64,000 nucleotides of DNA from Candidatus Latescibacterota bacterium (GTDB taxonomy: Bacteria; Latescibacterota; UBA2968; UBA8231), in assembly GCA_965219385.1 (NCBI GenBank), contig CBDCNM010000001.1, positions 608,631 through 672,630 of the forward strand, read 5' to 3'. The notes below the pieces were generated by a model. It was given only the letters and a program-made list of their open reading frames with translations. It made no database searches and was not told the origin of the DNA. A program made the position numbers and the translations under genes. Below, piece by piece: positions 46,905-56,391 of this stretch (positions are counted from its first letter, which is position 1; every line of letters starts with the position of its first letter).

Positions 46905-47010
46905 CAACATTTTCTGGACGGCCCGTCCGGAGGCCTTGTGCAGGAACAGCAAATAGACCCCACTGGCCATATCTTTGCCACGCTCGTCTTTTTCATCCCA
47001 TTCTATCTGA
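46893..47010 (-). pseudogene. Remnant of a FlgD-Ig / secretion-CTD-like C-terminus
   Basis: Minus strand IEWDEKDERGKDMASGVYLLFL...QKMLLVR*, with no credible upstream coding region. Confidence 0.55.
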
Positions 47011-47088
47011 AAAACAAGATCAGGCGGATGGTGGTCATGGATTGTTCGCTCAAAGGGTTGGCACAAAGGGGGCATTTGACACGACGGT

Positions 47089-48186
47089 CTAGTGTTGTGT
47101 CGTAGAGATTCGTTCACAAAGTCTCTTGATTTTCGCGAGGATGGAATCGGCCGTAGCCGTCCATACGAAAGGGTGCGCGTTGGCGTTCCATTGGGCGGTA
47201 TAGCGTTCGATGCGCTCGATGCGCTCGATGCGCTCTCTTACCTTGCGGAACGAGTGCCGCCGAACCGCCTGGCGCGTGATGATGTTGAACCCAATCTCCA
47301 CCTGGTTGAGCCACGAAGCATAGGGGGGGGTGTAGTGAAGGTGAAATCGGGGGCGCCGCGCCAGCCACTTTTTGACCTTGGCATGCTTGTGGGTGGCGTA
47401 ATGGTCAACCACGAGATGCACGTCGAGACCGCGGGGCACGTTGTCCTCGATGTGGCGTAGGAACGGGAGGAACTCCTGGTGACGATGACGGGGCTTGCAC
47501 GGAGTCATCACTTCACCGGTGGCCACGTCCAGGGCGGCAAACAGAGTGGTGGTGCCATGGCGCTTGTAGTCGTGCGTAACCCCTTCCACGTAGCCCAGGC
47601 CCAGGGGCAACAGGGGCTGACTTCGTTCCAACGCCTGGATCTGGCTCTTCTCGTCGACGCATAAAACCAGGGCGTGCTCGGGGGGATGCATGTATAAGCC
47701 GACGATATCCCGTACTTTGTCGACCAAGAAAGGATCGGTGGAAAGCTTGAAGTGCTTGTGTCGGTGGGGCTGCAAACCATACGTGCGCCCGATGCGATGC
47801 ACCGCGTCCTTGGTGAGGCCGGTTTCCGCGCCCATGGAGCGCACCGACCACTGGGTTCGGTCTTGGGGCTTGGTCTTCAGCGTCTTGTATACCACCTCGG
47901 CCACCTGCTCGTCGGTGATCAATCGCGGCGCCCCTGAACGCAGTTCATCATGCAAGCCATGGAGTCCGTTTTCGAGAAAACGCCGGCGCCACTTGCCCAC
48001 CGTAGCGCGCGTCACACCCACCGCTGCAGCGACCGCTTCATGGGGCCAGCCTTCGGCGGCCCAAAGGACGATCTCCGCTCGCCGCACCCACCCGTGTGGA
48101 AGACTCCGTGATTGGGCCATCGATTCCAATTGTTCTCGGTCCGACGCACTCAGCGCTAACGGCGTTAACGGACGCCCCATCGCCAT
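47089..48186 (-). CDS. IS630-family transposase
   Basis: Same protein as 26774-27862 plus one extra ERI repeat. Confidence 0.93.
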   Translation of the reverse strand: MAMGRPLTPLALSASDREQLESMAQSRSLPHGWVRRAEIVLWAAEGWPHEAVAAAVGVTRATVGKWRRRFLENGLHGLHDELRSGAPRLITDEQVAEVVYKTLKTKPQDRTQWSVRSMGAETGLTKDAVHRIGRTYGLQPHRHKHFKLSTDPFLVDKVRDIVGLYMHPPEHALVLCVDEKSQIQALERSQPLLPLGLGYVEGVTHDYKRHGTTTLFAALDVATGEVMTPCKPRHRHQEFLPFLRHIEDNVPRGLDVHLVVDHYATHKHAKVKKWLARRPRFHLHYTPPYASWLNQVEIGFNIITRQAVRRHSFRKVRERIERIERIERYTAQWNANAHPFVWTATADSILAKIKRLCERISTTQH

Positions 48187-48268
48187 AGATCTCTCCTTTC
48201 AGAAGGGGTGGTAAGAGAAACCTACGACATGACCACCATCTCGTAAAGTTATTTATACGACGCAACAC
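47092..48268 (-). mobile_element. IS630-family insertion sequence, copy 2 (1177 bp)
   Basis: Same IRs as copy 1; TA duplications at 47090-47091 and 48269-48270 in CTAG context. Confidence 0.93.
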
Positions 48269-48411
48269 TAGACGCTAGAATCCGCCCAGAAGTTCCAGCA
48301 TCTGGAACTGCGTTGACATTATATTGACGTTGAGTATATTTATCAAAGTCGCGTTTGTTTTGTATACGTTTCAACCCCAGAGAAGAAACCATATCCCGAG
48401 GCTGATCTCCC

Positions 48412-48876
48412 ATGATGCAAATTGGAGATCTGGCGACCAAAGCCGGCATTACTACACGGACAATACGCTACTACGAAGAACTGGGCATCATTGAGCCTGA
48501 AGAGCGTTCCGAGGGTGGTTTTCGACTTTATTCCGAAATCCAGCTGAGACGTCTGCACATCATTCAAAGTCTGAAATCCCTGGGTTTTGAACTTGAACGC
48601 ATTCGCGAGCTTTTCAATCTGCAGCACTGTGCCGAGACCGGTGGGGATTTATCCCGGACCATGATCGAACTCCTCGCTGATCAGCAGCGGAAGATCGATG
48701 CGAAAATTTGTCACTATCTGGAGATGAAAGAGTGGAATGCTCAGGCCATAGAAGTACTCAAAGGGTGCATGTCTTGTTCTATCAAGGTGTTTGAGCGGGA
48801 CTGTCACAAATGCGAGGTATACAAGCAACACGCCGAAGTGCCCGACGTGATTGAATGTGCTATTTACGCCGGGTGA
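48412..48876 (+). CDS. MerR-family regulator with Cys-rich C-terminus
   Basis: MQIGDLA...RTIRYYEELG...RSEGGFRLY HTH; CMSC-x8-CHKC. Confidence 0.9.
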   Translation: MMQIGDLATKAGITTRTIRYYEELGIIEPEERSEGGFRLYSEIQLRRLHIIQSLKSLGFELERIRELFNLQHCAETGGDLSRTMIELLADQQRKIDAKICHYLEMKEWNAQAIEVLKGCMSCSIKVFERDCHKCEVYKQHAEVPDVIECAIYAG

Positions 48877-48927
48877 TCGAAGGGTGATGAGGATAAAACG
48901 GCCAGATCGTAGATTGAGAGGTAAAAC

Positions 48928-49251
48928 ATGATTAATGTGACGGAAGCAGCGACTCAGAAGATCAGATCCCTGCTGGAAGAACAGGGAAATCCCGAGTACG
49001 GGTTGCGGGTAGGTGTCATGGGGGGGGGGTGTTCAGGATTCCAGTACAATCTGGCTTTTGAGGATAGTGCGGGAGAGATGGATCAGGTTCTAGAGACTGA
49101 GGGCGTAAGGGTTTTTATTGACGCCAAGAGTTGTCTCTATCTGAACGGCGTAACCCTGGACTACGCCGATGGGCTGATGGGGGCCGGGTTTAAAATCCAC
49201 AACCCCAATGCTCGTTCCACCTGTGGTTGCGGGGAGTCCTTCAGCGCTTGA
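48928..49251 (+). CDS. iscA: A-type Fe-S carrier (IscA/ErpA/HesB)
   Basis: GGGCSGFQY, NPNARSTCGCGESF. Confidence 0.93.
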   Translation: MINVTEAATQKIRSLLEEQGNPEYGLRVGVMGGGCSGFQYNLAFEDSAGEMDQVLETEGVRVFIDAKSCLYLNGVTLDYADGLMGAGFKIHNPNARSTCGCGESFSA

Positions 49252-49265
49252 AAAGGCCTTGCAGG

Positions 49266-50429
49266 ATGGCCGCTACATCCGTTTACTTCGATAATCTGGC
49301 CACGACTCCTGTGGACCCCAGGGTTGTGGAAGCCATGCTGCCGTACTTTACCAAACACTTTGGCAATGCGGCCAGCAAGAGCCATGGCTTTGGTTGGAAA
49401 GCCGCCGAAGCGGTTGAGCAGAGCCGGTCTCAGGTGGCGCGATTACTCGGTGCTGCATCCCCTCAGGAGATCATTTTTACCAGCGGTGGCACCGAGGCCA
49501 ACAATCTGGCCCTCAAGGGCGTAGCCGAGTACTACCGGCGCGAGGGCAATCATATCGTCACCTGTGCTATCGAGCACAAATCGGTGCTGGACTGCTGCAG
49601 GAGCCTGGAGGACCGCGGATACCAGATCACCTATCTGCTGGTTGATGGCTACGGTCGGGTCGATATGGACAGGTTGCGGGCATTGGTTTCCGACCAGACT
49701 ATCTTGATTTCGGTCATGGCGGCAAACAATGAGATCGGCACGATTCAGCCGCTGAAGGAAATCGGTGTTTTTGCCAAAGAACAAGGTATCCTCTGGCACT
49801 GCGACGCAGTACAGGCAGCTGGCAAAATTCCGCTCAATGTCCAGGATCTGGGCGTGGACTTGCTCGCGCTTTCGGCCCACAAAATTTATGGTCCCAAAGG
49901 TGTGGGCGCCCTGTATATTCGTTCGCGCCGGCCGCGCGTGCGGCTGAAGCCACAGATTGAAGGGGGGGGGCACGAGCGCGGTTTGCGCTCGGGAACCCTG
50001 GACGTGCCGGGTATCGTCGGACTGGGGAAGGCCTGTGAGTTGTGTGGGCAGGAACTGGAAGTCGAGGCCGATCGGCTCAAATCTCTGCGCCAGCAGCTGT
50101 ATCTGGGAATCGCTCAACAACTCGAGGATGTTCAGCTTAATGGACACCCGCGGGATCGGCTCCCGGGCAATTTGCATTTGAGTTTTCCCGGAGTAGATGG
50201 GGCGGGATTATTGCTGGCCTTAGAGGAGATTGCCCTTTCCGCTGGTTCGGCCTGTAGCTCGGCATCTGGAGAGCCGTCCCACGTGCTCAAAGCCGTTGGA
50301 TTGGAGGACGATATGGCATTTTCTTCGGTGCGTTTTGGGTTGGGGCGTTTCAACCAGGCCGGGGAAATCGACTATGTCATCGGACGTGTGACCGAAGAGG
50401 TAAATCGTCTGCGGGTTGTGTCTTTTTAA
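49266..50429 (+). CDS. iscS: Cysteine desulfurase (IscS/NifS type)
   Basis: DNLATTP, FTSGGTEANN, SAHKIYGPKG, SAGSACSS. Confidence 0.93.
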   Translation: MAATSVYFDNLATTPVDPRVVEAMLPYFTKHFGNAASKSHGFGWKAAEAVEQSRSQVARLLGAASPQEIIFTSGGTEANNLALKGVAEYYRREGNHIVTCAIEHKSVLDCCRSLEDRGYQITYLLVDGYGRVDMDRLRALVSDQTILISVMAANNEIGTIQPLKEIGVFAKEQGILWHCDAVQAAGKIPLNVQDLGVDLLALSAHKIYGPKGVGALYIRSRRPRVRLKPQIEGGGHERGLRSGTLDVPGIVGLGKACELCGQELEVEADRLKSLRQQLYLGIAQQLEDVQLNGHPRDRLPGNLHLSFPGVDGAGLLLALEEIALSAGSACSSASGEPSHVLKAVGLEDDMAFSSVRFGLGRFNQAGEIDYVIGRVTEEVNRLRVVSF

Positions 50430-50460
50430 GGAAATACGCTGAGAATTGCAGGAGGGTAAT

Positions 50461-51633
50461 ATGAGCTTAACTTCGAGCCAATTGGTCAATAAAACCAAGC
50501 AGGAAATCAAAGAAATAGCCCCGGATGAAGTCCATCGGGCTCTCCAGGAAGGACAGAGGATCCACCTGGTGGATATCCGCGAGCGGGAGGAGGTCATGGA
50601 CGGTTATATCCCCAACGCCGCCCTCATCCCCCGTGGATTCCTGGAACTGGACGTCGAGGAAGAGGTATCCATGGATCGGGATGCGCCGATCGTTCTCTAC
50701 TGCCAGGGCGGCACCCGCTCCGCCCTGGGGGCCAGGGATCTGGCGTTCATGGGCTATACCAATGTGAGTTCGATGATCGGCGGTTTCAAGGGCTGGAAGG
50801 ATGCTGGCTTTGAGATCGAACAGAATGGCTTGCTCTCGGAGGATGACTTGCGGCGCTATGCTCGTCATATCACCCTGCCCGAGGTCGGAGAAAAAGGACA
50901 GCAGAGGTTGCTCAAGGGCAGAGTCCTGCTGGTGGGTGCGGGCGGATTGGGATGTCCGACCGCACTTTATCTGGCCGCGGCGGGGGTGGGCACCTTGGGA
51001 CTGGTGGACGCCGATGTCGTCGATATGAGCAACCTGCAGCGCCAGGTCCTTTTCGGGGAGTCGGATCTGGGACGGCCCAAAGTAGAGGCCGCAAAGGAGC
51101 GGCTGCTGGATTTAAACCCCGGTATCGTGGTGCATCCGCATCATGTGCTGCTCACCTCGGACAATATAATGGATATCATCGCGGCCTACGACATCATCGT
51201 CAATGGATGCGATAATTTTCCCACCCGCTATCTGGTCAACGATGCGGCCGTGCTGACAGGCAAACCCGTGGTGGATGGCAGTATTTTTCGCTTTGAAGGC
51301 CAGGCCACGGTGTATGCGCCAGGCGAAGGGCCGTGCTACCGTTGCCGTTATCCCGAACCTCCACCTCCAGGAGAGGTGCCTAGTTGCGCCGAGGGGGGGG
51401 TGCTGGGGGTACTGCCCGGAATCATCGGGGTGATGCAGGCTACCGAGGTGGTCAAATTGATCCTCGGCGAGGGCCAACCTCTTATTGGCCGCATGCTGGC
51501 CTACGATGCTATGGACATGAAGTTCCGGGAATTTAAACAACGGCGGAATCCCGGGTGCCCGGTATGTGGAGAAAATCCCACCGTAACCGAGCTGATAGAC
51601 TACGACCAATTTTGTGGTTTGCCTTCTGTCTGA
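50461..51633 (+). CDS. moeB: MoeB/ThiF adenylyltransferase with N-terminal rhodanese domain
   Basis: LYCQGGTRS rhodanese; RYARHI, GAGGLG, SNLQRQ, CYRC, CPVC. Confidence 0.9.
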   Translation: MSLTSSQLVNKTKQEIKEIAPDEVHRALQEGQRIHLVDIREREEVMDGYIPNAALIPRGFLELDVEEEVSMDRDAPIVLYCQGGTRSALGARDLAFMGYTNVSSMIGGFKGWKDAGFEIEQNGLLSEDDLRRYARHITLPEVGEKGQQRLLKGRVLLVGAGGLGCPTALYLAAAGVGTLGLVDADVVDMSNLQRQVLFGESDLGRPKVEAAKERLLDLNPGIVVHPHHVLLTSDNIMDIIAAYDIIVNGCDNFPTRYLVNDAAVLTGKPVVDGSIFRFEGQATVYAPGEGPCYRCRYPEPPPPGEVPSCAEGGVLGVLPGIIGVMQATEVVKLILGEGQPLIGRMLAYDAMDMKFREFKQRRNPGCPVCGENPTVTELIDYDQFCGLPSV

Positions 51634-51706
51634 TTGATCGACTTCTTCACATGTTGCAACGGGCGCTGGTCGAAATGATCAGCGCCCGTTTTTTTGGAGA
51701 GGAGAA

Positions 51707-52324
51707 ATGGAGTTCAGCCAAAAGGAAAGGCTCATCCTTGAACTGGACCAGGGCTCCGACCAGGATCCCATGCTGGATTGGGTGAAGGTATTTGGCAATG
51801 CGCATCCGGTAGAAATAGAATTGGGCATTGGCAAGGGGCGTTTTCTGATCGAGGCGGCCCAAAGCCATCACCAGGTAAATTATATCGGCATTGAACGAGC
51901 CGCCAAATACCTGCGCATTGCCCAAACCCGAAGCCTGAAGCGGAACCTGCGGAATATCCGTCTAGTGAGGGTGGATGCCCAGGAATTCCTCGAATTTTTC
52001 GTGCCCCTGGAATCCGTTCGGGCTATTCACCTGTATTTCCCGGATCCCTGGCCCAAGAAAAGACATCACAAGCGTCGTCTTTTTAATGAAAATTTTCTGC
52101 GGGAGGTTGAGCGCATCCTGGAGCCGGAAGGACGCTTGTGGCTGGCCACCGATCACAAAGGCTACTTTATGGCGATGGGGGAGGTGTTGGATGCGAGTAC
52201 CTGCCTGGGTGAGATAGAGGCGGAATGGCCTGGGTTAAAAACCAATTATGAGGAAAAGTACGCAAGCCAGGGAAAGACCATACACCGAAGGATTTTGGAG
52301 AAATTCCGCTCCGCTATTAAGTAA
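51707..52324 (+). CDS. trmB: tRNA m7G46 methyltransferase
   Basis: ELGIGKG, FPDPWPKKRHHKRR, ATD, TNYEEK. Confidence 0.95.
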   Translation: MEFSQKERLILELDQGSDQDPMLDWVKVFGNAHPVEIELGIGKGRFLIEAAQSHHQVNYIGIERAAKYLRIAQTRSLKRNLRNIRLVRVDAQEFLEFFVPLESVRAIHLYFPDPWPKKRHHKRRLFNENFLREVERILEPEGRLWLATDHKGYFMAMGEVLDASTCLGEIEAEWPGLKTNYEEKYASQGKTIHRRILEKFRSAIK

Positions 52325-52535
52325 ATCTGTTGCACGCTCAGTGGGGGCCTTGAGAGCCTTTCCCTGTGAGGATTGTGCCAGGGCCGAAGTAGCAAAGGCT
52401 TGTGTAAGGAGACATCACGCTTTTCAGTGTAATTAATACACTATTCAGTGTGGTTATTCTGGTCCCCGATATACTCGAATTGGCCGCGGTCTCTACCCCG
52501 GAAGAATCTGTCCCATCTACTTGATAAAATTGTGC

Positions 52536-52564
52536 TTGACAGCACCCCCTCAAAAATATATACT
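52536..52564 (+). promoter_or_regulatory. Sigma70 promoter of the dcw cluster
   Basis: TTGACA-17 bp-TATACT. Confidence 0.75.
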
Positions 52565-52572
52565 AATAGTAG

Positions 52573-52602
52573 GTGGTGGAAAGTGGTGGAAAGTGGTGGA
52601 AA
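52573..52602 (+). promoter_or_regulatory. MraZ operator: three tandem GTGGTGGAAA repeats
   Basis: 10-bp-spaced GTGG direct repeats between the promoter and mraZ, as known for MraZ boxes. Confidence 0.85.
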
Positions 52603-52636
52603 TAGGTTCTAACTGGGATTACAGCTCAAGGGCTCC

Positions 52637-53080
52637 ATGACCATGCAGTTTTTAGGCGAATACGATGTTCCGGTTGATGCCAAGGGGCGCATTTTTGTGC
52701 CGGCGGATTTCCGCAAGAAGTTACCCCCCGAGGCCGGGGAGACTTTTGTGGTAGTTCGCGGGTTTGATCGCTGTCTCACCGCGTATCCGCAGCACATCTG
52801 GGGAGCGACGGCCAATAAAATGTTGCTCCTGCCCCAGACGGAACGCAAGGTGAGGGTATTGATTCGTGGCATGCTTTCCCAGGCCGCAGAAGTCAGGCTC
52901 GACCGCCAGGGACGTGCCAGCATACCCCGCAAGTTGCTGGAACGGGTGGCTATAACCGACAGCATGGTCGTCATAGGCGCCCTGGACAAGCTGGAGTTCT
53001 GGAAGCCCGACGATTGGCATCATTTTATGCAGGAGGCAGATCCCGCCCTGGAAGAGGTGGCAGAGAGCCTCGATCTATAG
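52637..53080 (+). CDS. mraZ: Transcriptional regulator MraZ
   Basis: FLGEY...DAKGR...DRQGR...G...LEFW. Confidence 0.95.
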   Translation: MTMQFLGEYDVPVDAKGRIFVPADFRKKLPPEAGETFVVVRGFDRCLTAYPQHIWGATANKMLLLPQTERKVRVLIRGMLSQAAEVRLDRQGRASIPRKLLERVAITDSMVVIGALDKLEFWKPDDWHHFMQEADPALEEVAESLDL

Positions 53081-53104
53081 GCCATTTTCCGGGCTGAAAG
53101 GGCA

Positions 53105-54025
53105 ATGGATTTTCACGTTCCGGTCATGGTGCGCGAAGTCGTCCAGGGACTGGTTGCGGATCCCGGGGGGGTGTACCTGGATGTTACGGTGGGAGGTGGC
53201 GGGCACAGCCGAGCCATCCTGCAGGCCCTGAGTCCATCTGGACGGTTGATCGCCGTAGACCGGGATGGAGAAGCGGTGGAGGTCGCGCGCCGGATGTTCG
53301 GGGAAAACCCCCGGCAGGTCGAGTTCCTGCGCGGGAGTTTTGTGGAACTAAAGCAGCTTCTGAAACAATGCCAGGTGGAGGCCGCCCATGGGATTTTGTT
53401 CGATCTGGGGGTGTCCTCCCATCAGATTGATGAGCCATCAAGGGGGTTCAGCTATCGGGAAGAAGGCCCCCTGGACATGCGTATGGATCCACGAGAGGGG
53501 GCATCGGCGGCGGAACTGATCGAGTTGAGTACGGAGACGGAGTTGGCCCGGTTGATAAAGCAGTACGGGGAAGAGGCGCAGGCTCGGCGGATCGCTCGAT
53601 CCATCCGTCGGTTGAGCCAGCGCAGGTCACTTGAGACCACCTCGGACTTGAGAAGGGCAGTGGAAGCCACGCATCCACGTCATCTGAGCAAGACCCTGGC
53701 GCGGGTATTCCAGGCATTTCGCATAGCAGTCAATGATGAATTAGGGCAGCTGGAAAAAGGCCTGGAGGCCACAATCGACATCCTGACTCCCGGAGGGCGA
53801 CTGGCTGTGCTCGCGTACCATTCTCTCGAAGATCGGCTGGTTAAAACCAGATTGGCCGAACTTATACGGGGCTGTATTTGTCCTCCGGAGTTGCCGGTAT
53901 GCGGCTGTGGTAGAAAACCGCGGTTTAGAAGCGTACTCCGCAAACCGCAAAGAGCAGGCGAGGAAGAGGTCGGGACCAACCCCAGGGCTCGCAGCGCCAT
54001 GTTGCGGGTGTACGAAAAGCTATGA
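53105..54025 (+). CDS. rsmH: 16S rRNA m4C1402 methyltransferase
   Basis: HVPVM, GGGGHS, DLGVSS, PLDMRM, RIAVNDEL, YHSLEDR, NPRARSA. Confidence 0.97.
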   Translation: MDFHVPVMVREVVQGLVADPGGVYLDVTVGGGGHSRAILQALSPSGRLIAVDRDGEAVEVARRMFGENPRQVEFLRGSFVELKQLLKQCQVEAAHGILFDLGVSSHQIDEPSRGFSYREEGPLDMRMDPREGASAAELIELSTETELARLIKQYGEEAQARRIARSIRRLSQRRSLETTSDLRRAVEATHPRHLSKTLARVFQAFRIAVNDELGQLEKGLEATIDILTPGGRLAVLAYHSLEDRLVKTRLAELIRGCICPPELPVCGCGRKPRFRSVLRKPQRAGEEEVGTNPRARSAMLRVYEKL

Positions 54026-54032
54026 GGTGAGC

Positions 54033-54356
54033 ATGGTGAAGAAGAATGGAGATCGCGGTGGTGTACCCCTTTTGCACCGCAAGTACATTGTCCTGGTAAT
54101 TCTGCTGGTGGCAATCACCGTTTTGTACACCTGGAAAAAGGTCGAATGGGCCAGTGTCGCACAGCGGATAAGCAATGCCGAGGCCCAAACAGATCGTCTG
54201 GTAGAAGAAAGATCAAAGCTGATGGCCGGGATCGCGTTGAGGAAAAGACCGGGTAACATCAAGAAGATAGCCGAGGACAAATTGGGTATGGTGTATCCCG
54301 CCGGCAGGGTAGTCAATCTGGTACTAGATGCCCCAGAGGAAGGAGCGGCGCAATGA
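54033..54356 (+). CDS. ftsL: FtsL-like cell division protein
   Basis: Lies between rsmH and ftsI; TM helix, coiled coil, IAEDKLGM. Confidence 0.7.
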   Translation: MVKKNGDRGGVPLLHRKYIVLVILLVAITVLYTWKKVEWASVAQRISNAEAQTDRLVEERSKLMAGIALRKRPGNIKKIAEDKLGMVYPAGRVVNLVLDAPEEGAAQ

Positions 54357-56368
54357 ACCAGGGCAAGCATCAGAAAAAAGAGGGTCTGGACTACAAGCGC
54401 CTTTGGTGGGTTCTGGCTGGCGGGGCCGTGTTCTGGCTGGTGCTGGTGGGGCGCCTGGTACAGGTACAGGGTCTGCAACACTCGGAGTACGTGGTCCGGG
54501 CCAAAGAGCAGTACGAACGCCGGGTGGAGTTGAAGGCGAGTCGGGGGAGCATCTTCGATCGGCGAGGCAGGGAACTGGCGGTGGATATTCAGGCCGTATC
54601 TTTTGCGGCGGATCCCATGCTGGTGGACCGACCGGAAGAGGTCGCCCACCACTTCGCAGCCTTCGGTAGGCAGAAGCCGGAATTCCTTGCCCGCCAGCTC
54701 AAAAGCCCCCGGCGTTTTGTCTATCTGGCCCGTCGGCTGGGCGAGGAAGACCTGGCCAGGGCGCGCAGCCAGCGGTTTCGCGGCGTGTCCGAATATCTCG
54801 AGACCAAGCGCCACTACCCTTATGGCAATGTAGGCGGTCAGTTGCTCGGCCACACTGATATAGACAACCGGGGTAGAGAAGGAATCGAAAGGGCATTCGA
54901 CGGGCTGCTCAGGGAGACCAACGGGAGTGCCCTGTCCTATGTGGATGCCCGAGGCCGCCAGGTGCCCGGCTTGCAGCAGGAGCATCAGACCCCAAGAAAC
55001 GGTGGCAGCCTGGTATTGACCATAGATGCCGTGTACCAGGATATTCTCGAAGAAGAACTGAGCCGAACCATTCAGAGCTCGGGAGCTGAGAGTGGCCTGG
55101 GGATTATCGCCCACCCTGGGACTGGAGAAATCCTGGCCATGGCAAACGTACCGCTCTACGATCCTGGTAACCCAGGGCGGGCTCCGGCGAAACTACGGCG
55201 CAATCGCGCCATTACAGATCCGTTCGAACCCGGTTCTACTTTCAAGGTCATTGCCGCCGCCGCGGTCCTGGAAGACGGGCTGCTTACCACTGATGAAAGC
55301 GTCTTCTGTGAAGAGGGCAAGTTGATGCTGGACAATGGGGATGTTATTCGAGATGTGCATCCATATGGTTGGCTGAGCTTTCGTCAGGTGCTGGAGAAAT
55401 CGAGCAATATTGGCATCATTAAGATAGCGCGCCGGCTCCAGCGCCAGCGTTTTTACGAATACATCCGCAGCTTTGGCTTGGGCACCCGTAGCGGCATCGG
55501 GCTACCGGCCGAGAGTGCGGGGCTTCTGGAGCATGCGCGCAAATGGTCCGATCGTTCGCTCGAGACCATTGCCATGGGGCAGGAAATCAGCGTTACGACC
55601 CTGCAGCTAATCCAGGCATTTGGGGCGATTGCCAATGGGGGAATGCTCATGGCGCCCCGCCTGGTAAAGGCCACTGTGGGGGCGGACGGACAGGTTGTCG
55701 AAGAAATGCCGCCCCAGCCAATCCGCCGCGTGGTCTCAGAGGATACGGCTGCCCGGCTAAGGGAGATCCTGAGTGGAGTCGTCAGAAGTGGGACGGGGCG
55801 TCGGGCGCGGCTGGAGGAGGTGGAGGTCGCTGGCAAGACCGGTACTGCGCAGCGGGTTGCTGGCAATGGTAAAGGGTATTCTGCGGATGAGAACGTGGTG
55901 TCTTTCATAGGTTTTCTGCCGGCGGAAAATCCTGAGCTGCTGTGTCTGGTCGTAGTCGACAATCCCCAGAAAGACAAGTGGGGCGGGCGCATTGCGGCTC
56001 CCGCATTCAAGCACATTATAGAGCGTATTCTCTATCTGGCCGACGGAGATCTGCTGGTGGCCCAGAGCCAGGCCGGGGCGCCTGAGGATACCACCTCCCT
56101 GGTCCTTCCGGACCTGCGCGGCACGACTCGCCAGGTAGCCCGGTTCCAGGCGGGGCTGAGGGGATTGTCTGTTCAATTCACCGGCAAAGGGGATGTGGTC
56201 GTGCAGCAGGAACCCGCACCGGGACGGCCTATTGGAGAGATCTCCCGGATTTCATGTGTTCTGGGGACAGCGGCAGAGGAAGGGGTGGCCAGGGCGGATA
56301 ATATTCCCGTGCGCCAATCCTTGTTGTTGCAAAATTTGCAGAATAACCATTTTGCGACTGTGTACTGA
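54353..56368 (+). CDS. ftsI: Class B penicillin-binding protein with PASTA-like C-terminus
   Basis: RGSIFDR, RHYPYG, PGSTFK (SxxK), SSN, KTGTAQ. Confidence 0.93.
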   Translation: MNQGKHQKKEGLDYKRLWWVLAGGAVFWLVLVGRLVQVQGLQHSEYVVRAKEQYERRVELKASRGSIFDRRGRELAVDIQAVSFAADPMLVDRPEEVAHHFAAFGRQKPEFLARQLKSPRRFVYLARRLGEEDLARARSQRFRGVSEYLETKRHYPYGNVGGQLLGHTDIDNRGREGIERAFDGLLRETNGSALSYVDARGRQVPGLQQEHQTPRNGGSLVLTIDAVYQDILEEELSRTIQSSGAESGLGIIAHPGTGEILAMANVPLYDPGNPGRAPAKLRRNRAITDPFEPGSTFKVIAAAAVLEDGLLTTDESVFCEEGKLMLDNGDVIRDVHPYGWLSFRQVLEKSSNIGIIKIARRLQRQRFYEYIRSFGLGTRSGIGLPAESAGLLEHARKWSDRSLETIAMGQEISVTTLQLIQAFGAIANGGMLMAPRLVKATVGADGQVVEEMPPQPIRRVVSEDTAARLREILSGVVRSGTGRRARLEEVEVAGKTGTAQRVAGNGKGYSADENVVSFIGFLPAENPELLCLVVVDNPQKDKWGGRIAAPAFKHIIERILYLADGDLLVAQSQAGAPEDTTSLVLPDLRGTTRQVARFQAGLRGLSVQFTGKGDVVVQQEPAPGRPIGEISRISCVLGTAAEEGVARADNIPVRQSLLLQNLQNNHFATVY

Positions 56369-56391
56369 ATTTGAGGAGGACTTGGAGCTTG

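Noticed and set aside
47059..47075. Sigma54-like TGGCACAAAGGGGGCA
   Set aside because: GG-N10-GC spacing fits, but the -12 element lacks TTGC and no gene follows directly.
52573..52602. GTGGTGGAAA x3 as a novel tandem repeat
   Set aside because: Fully explained as the known MraZ operator.
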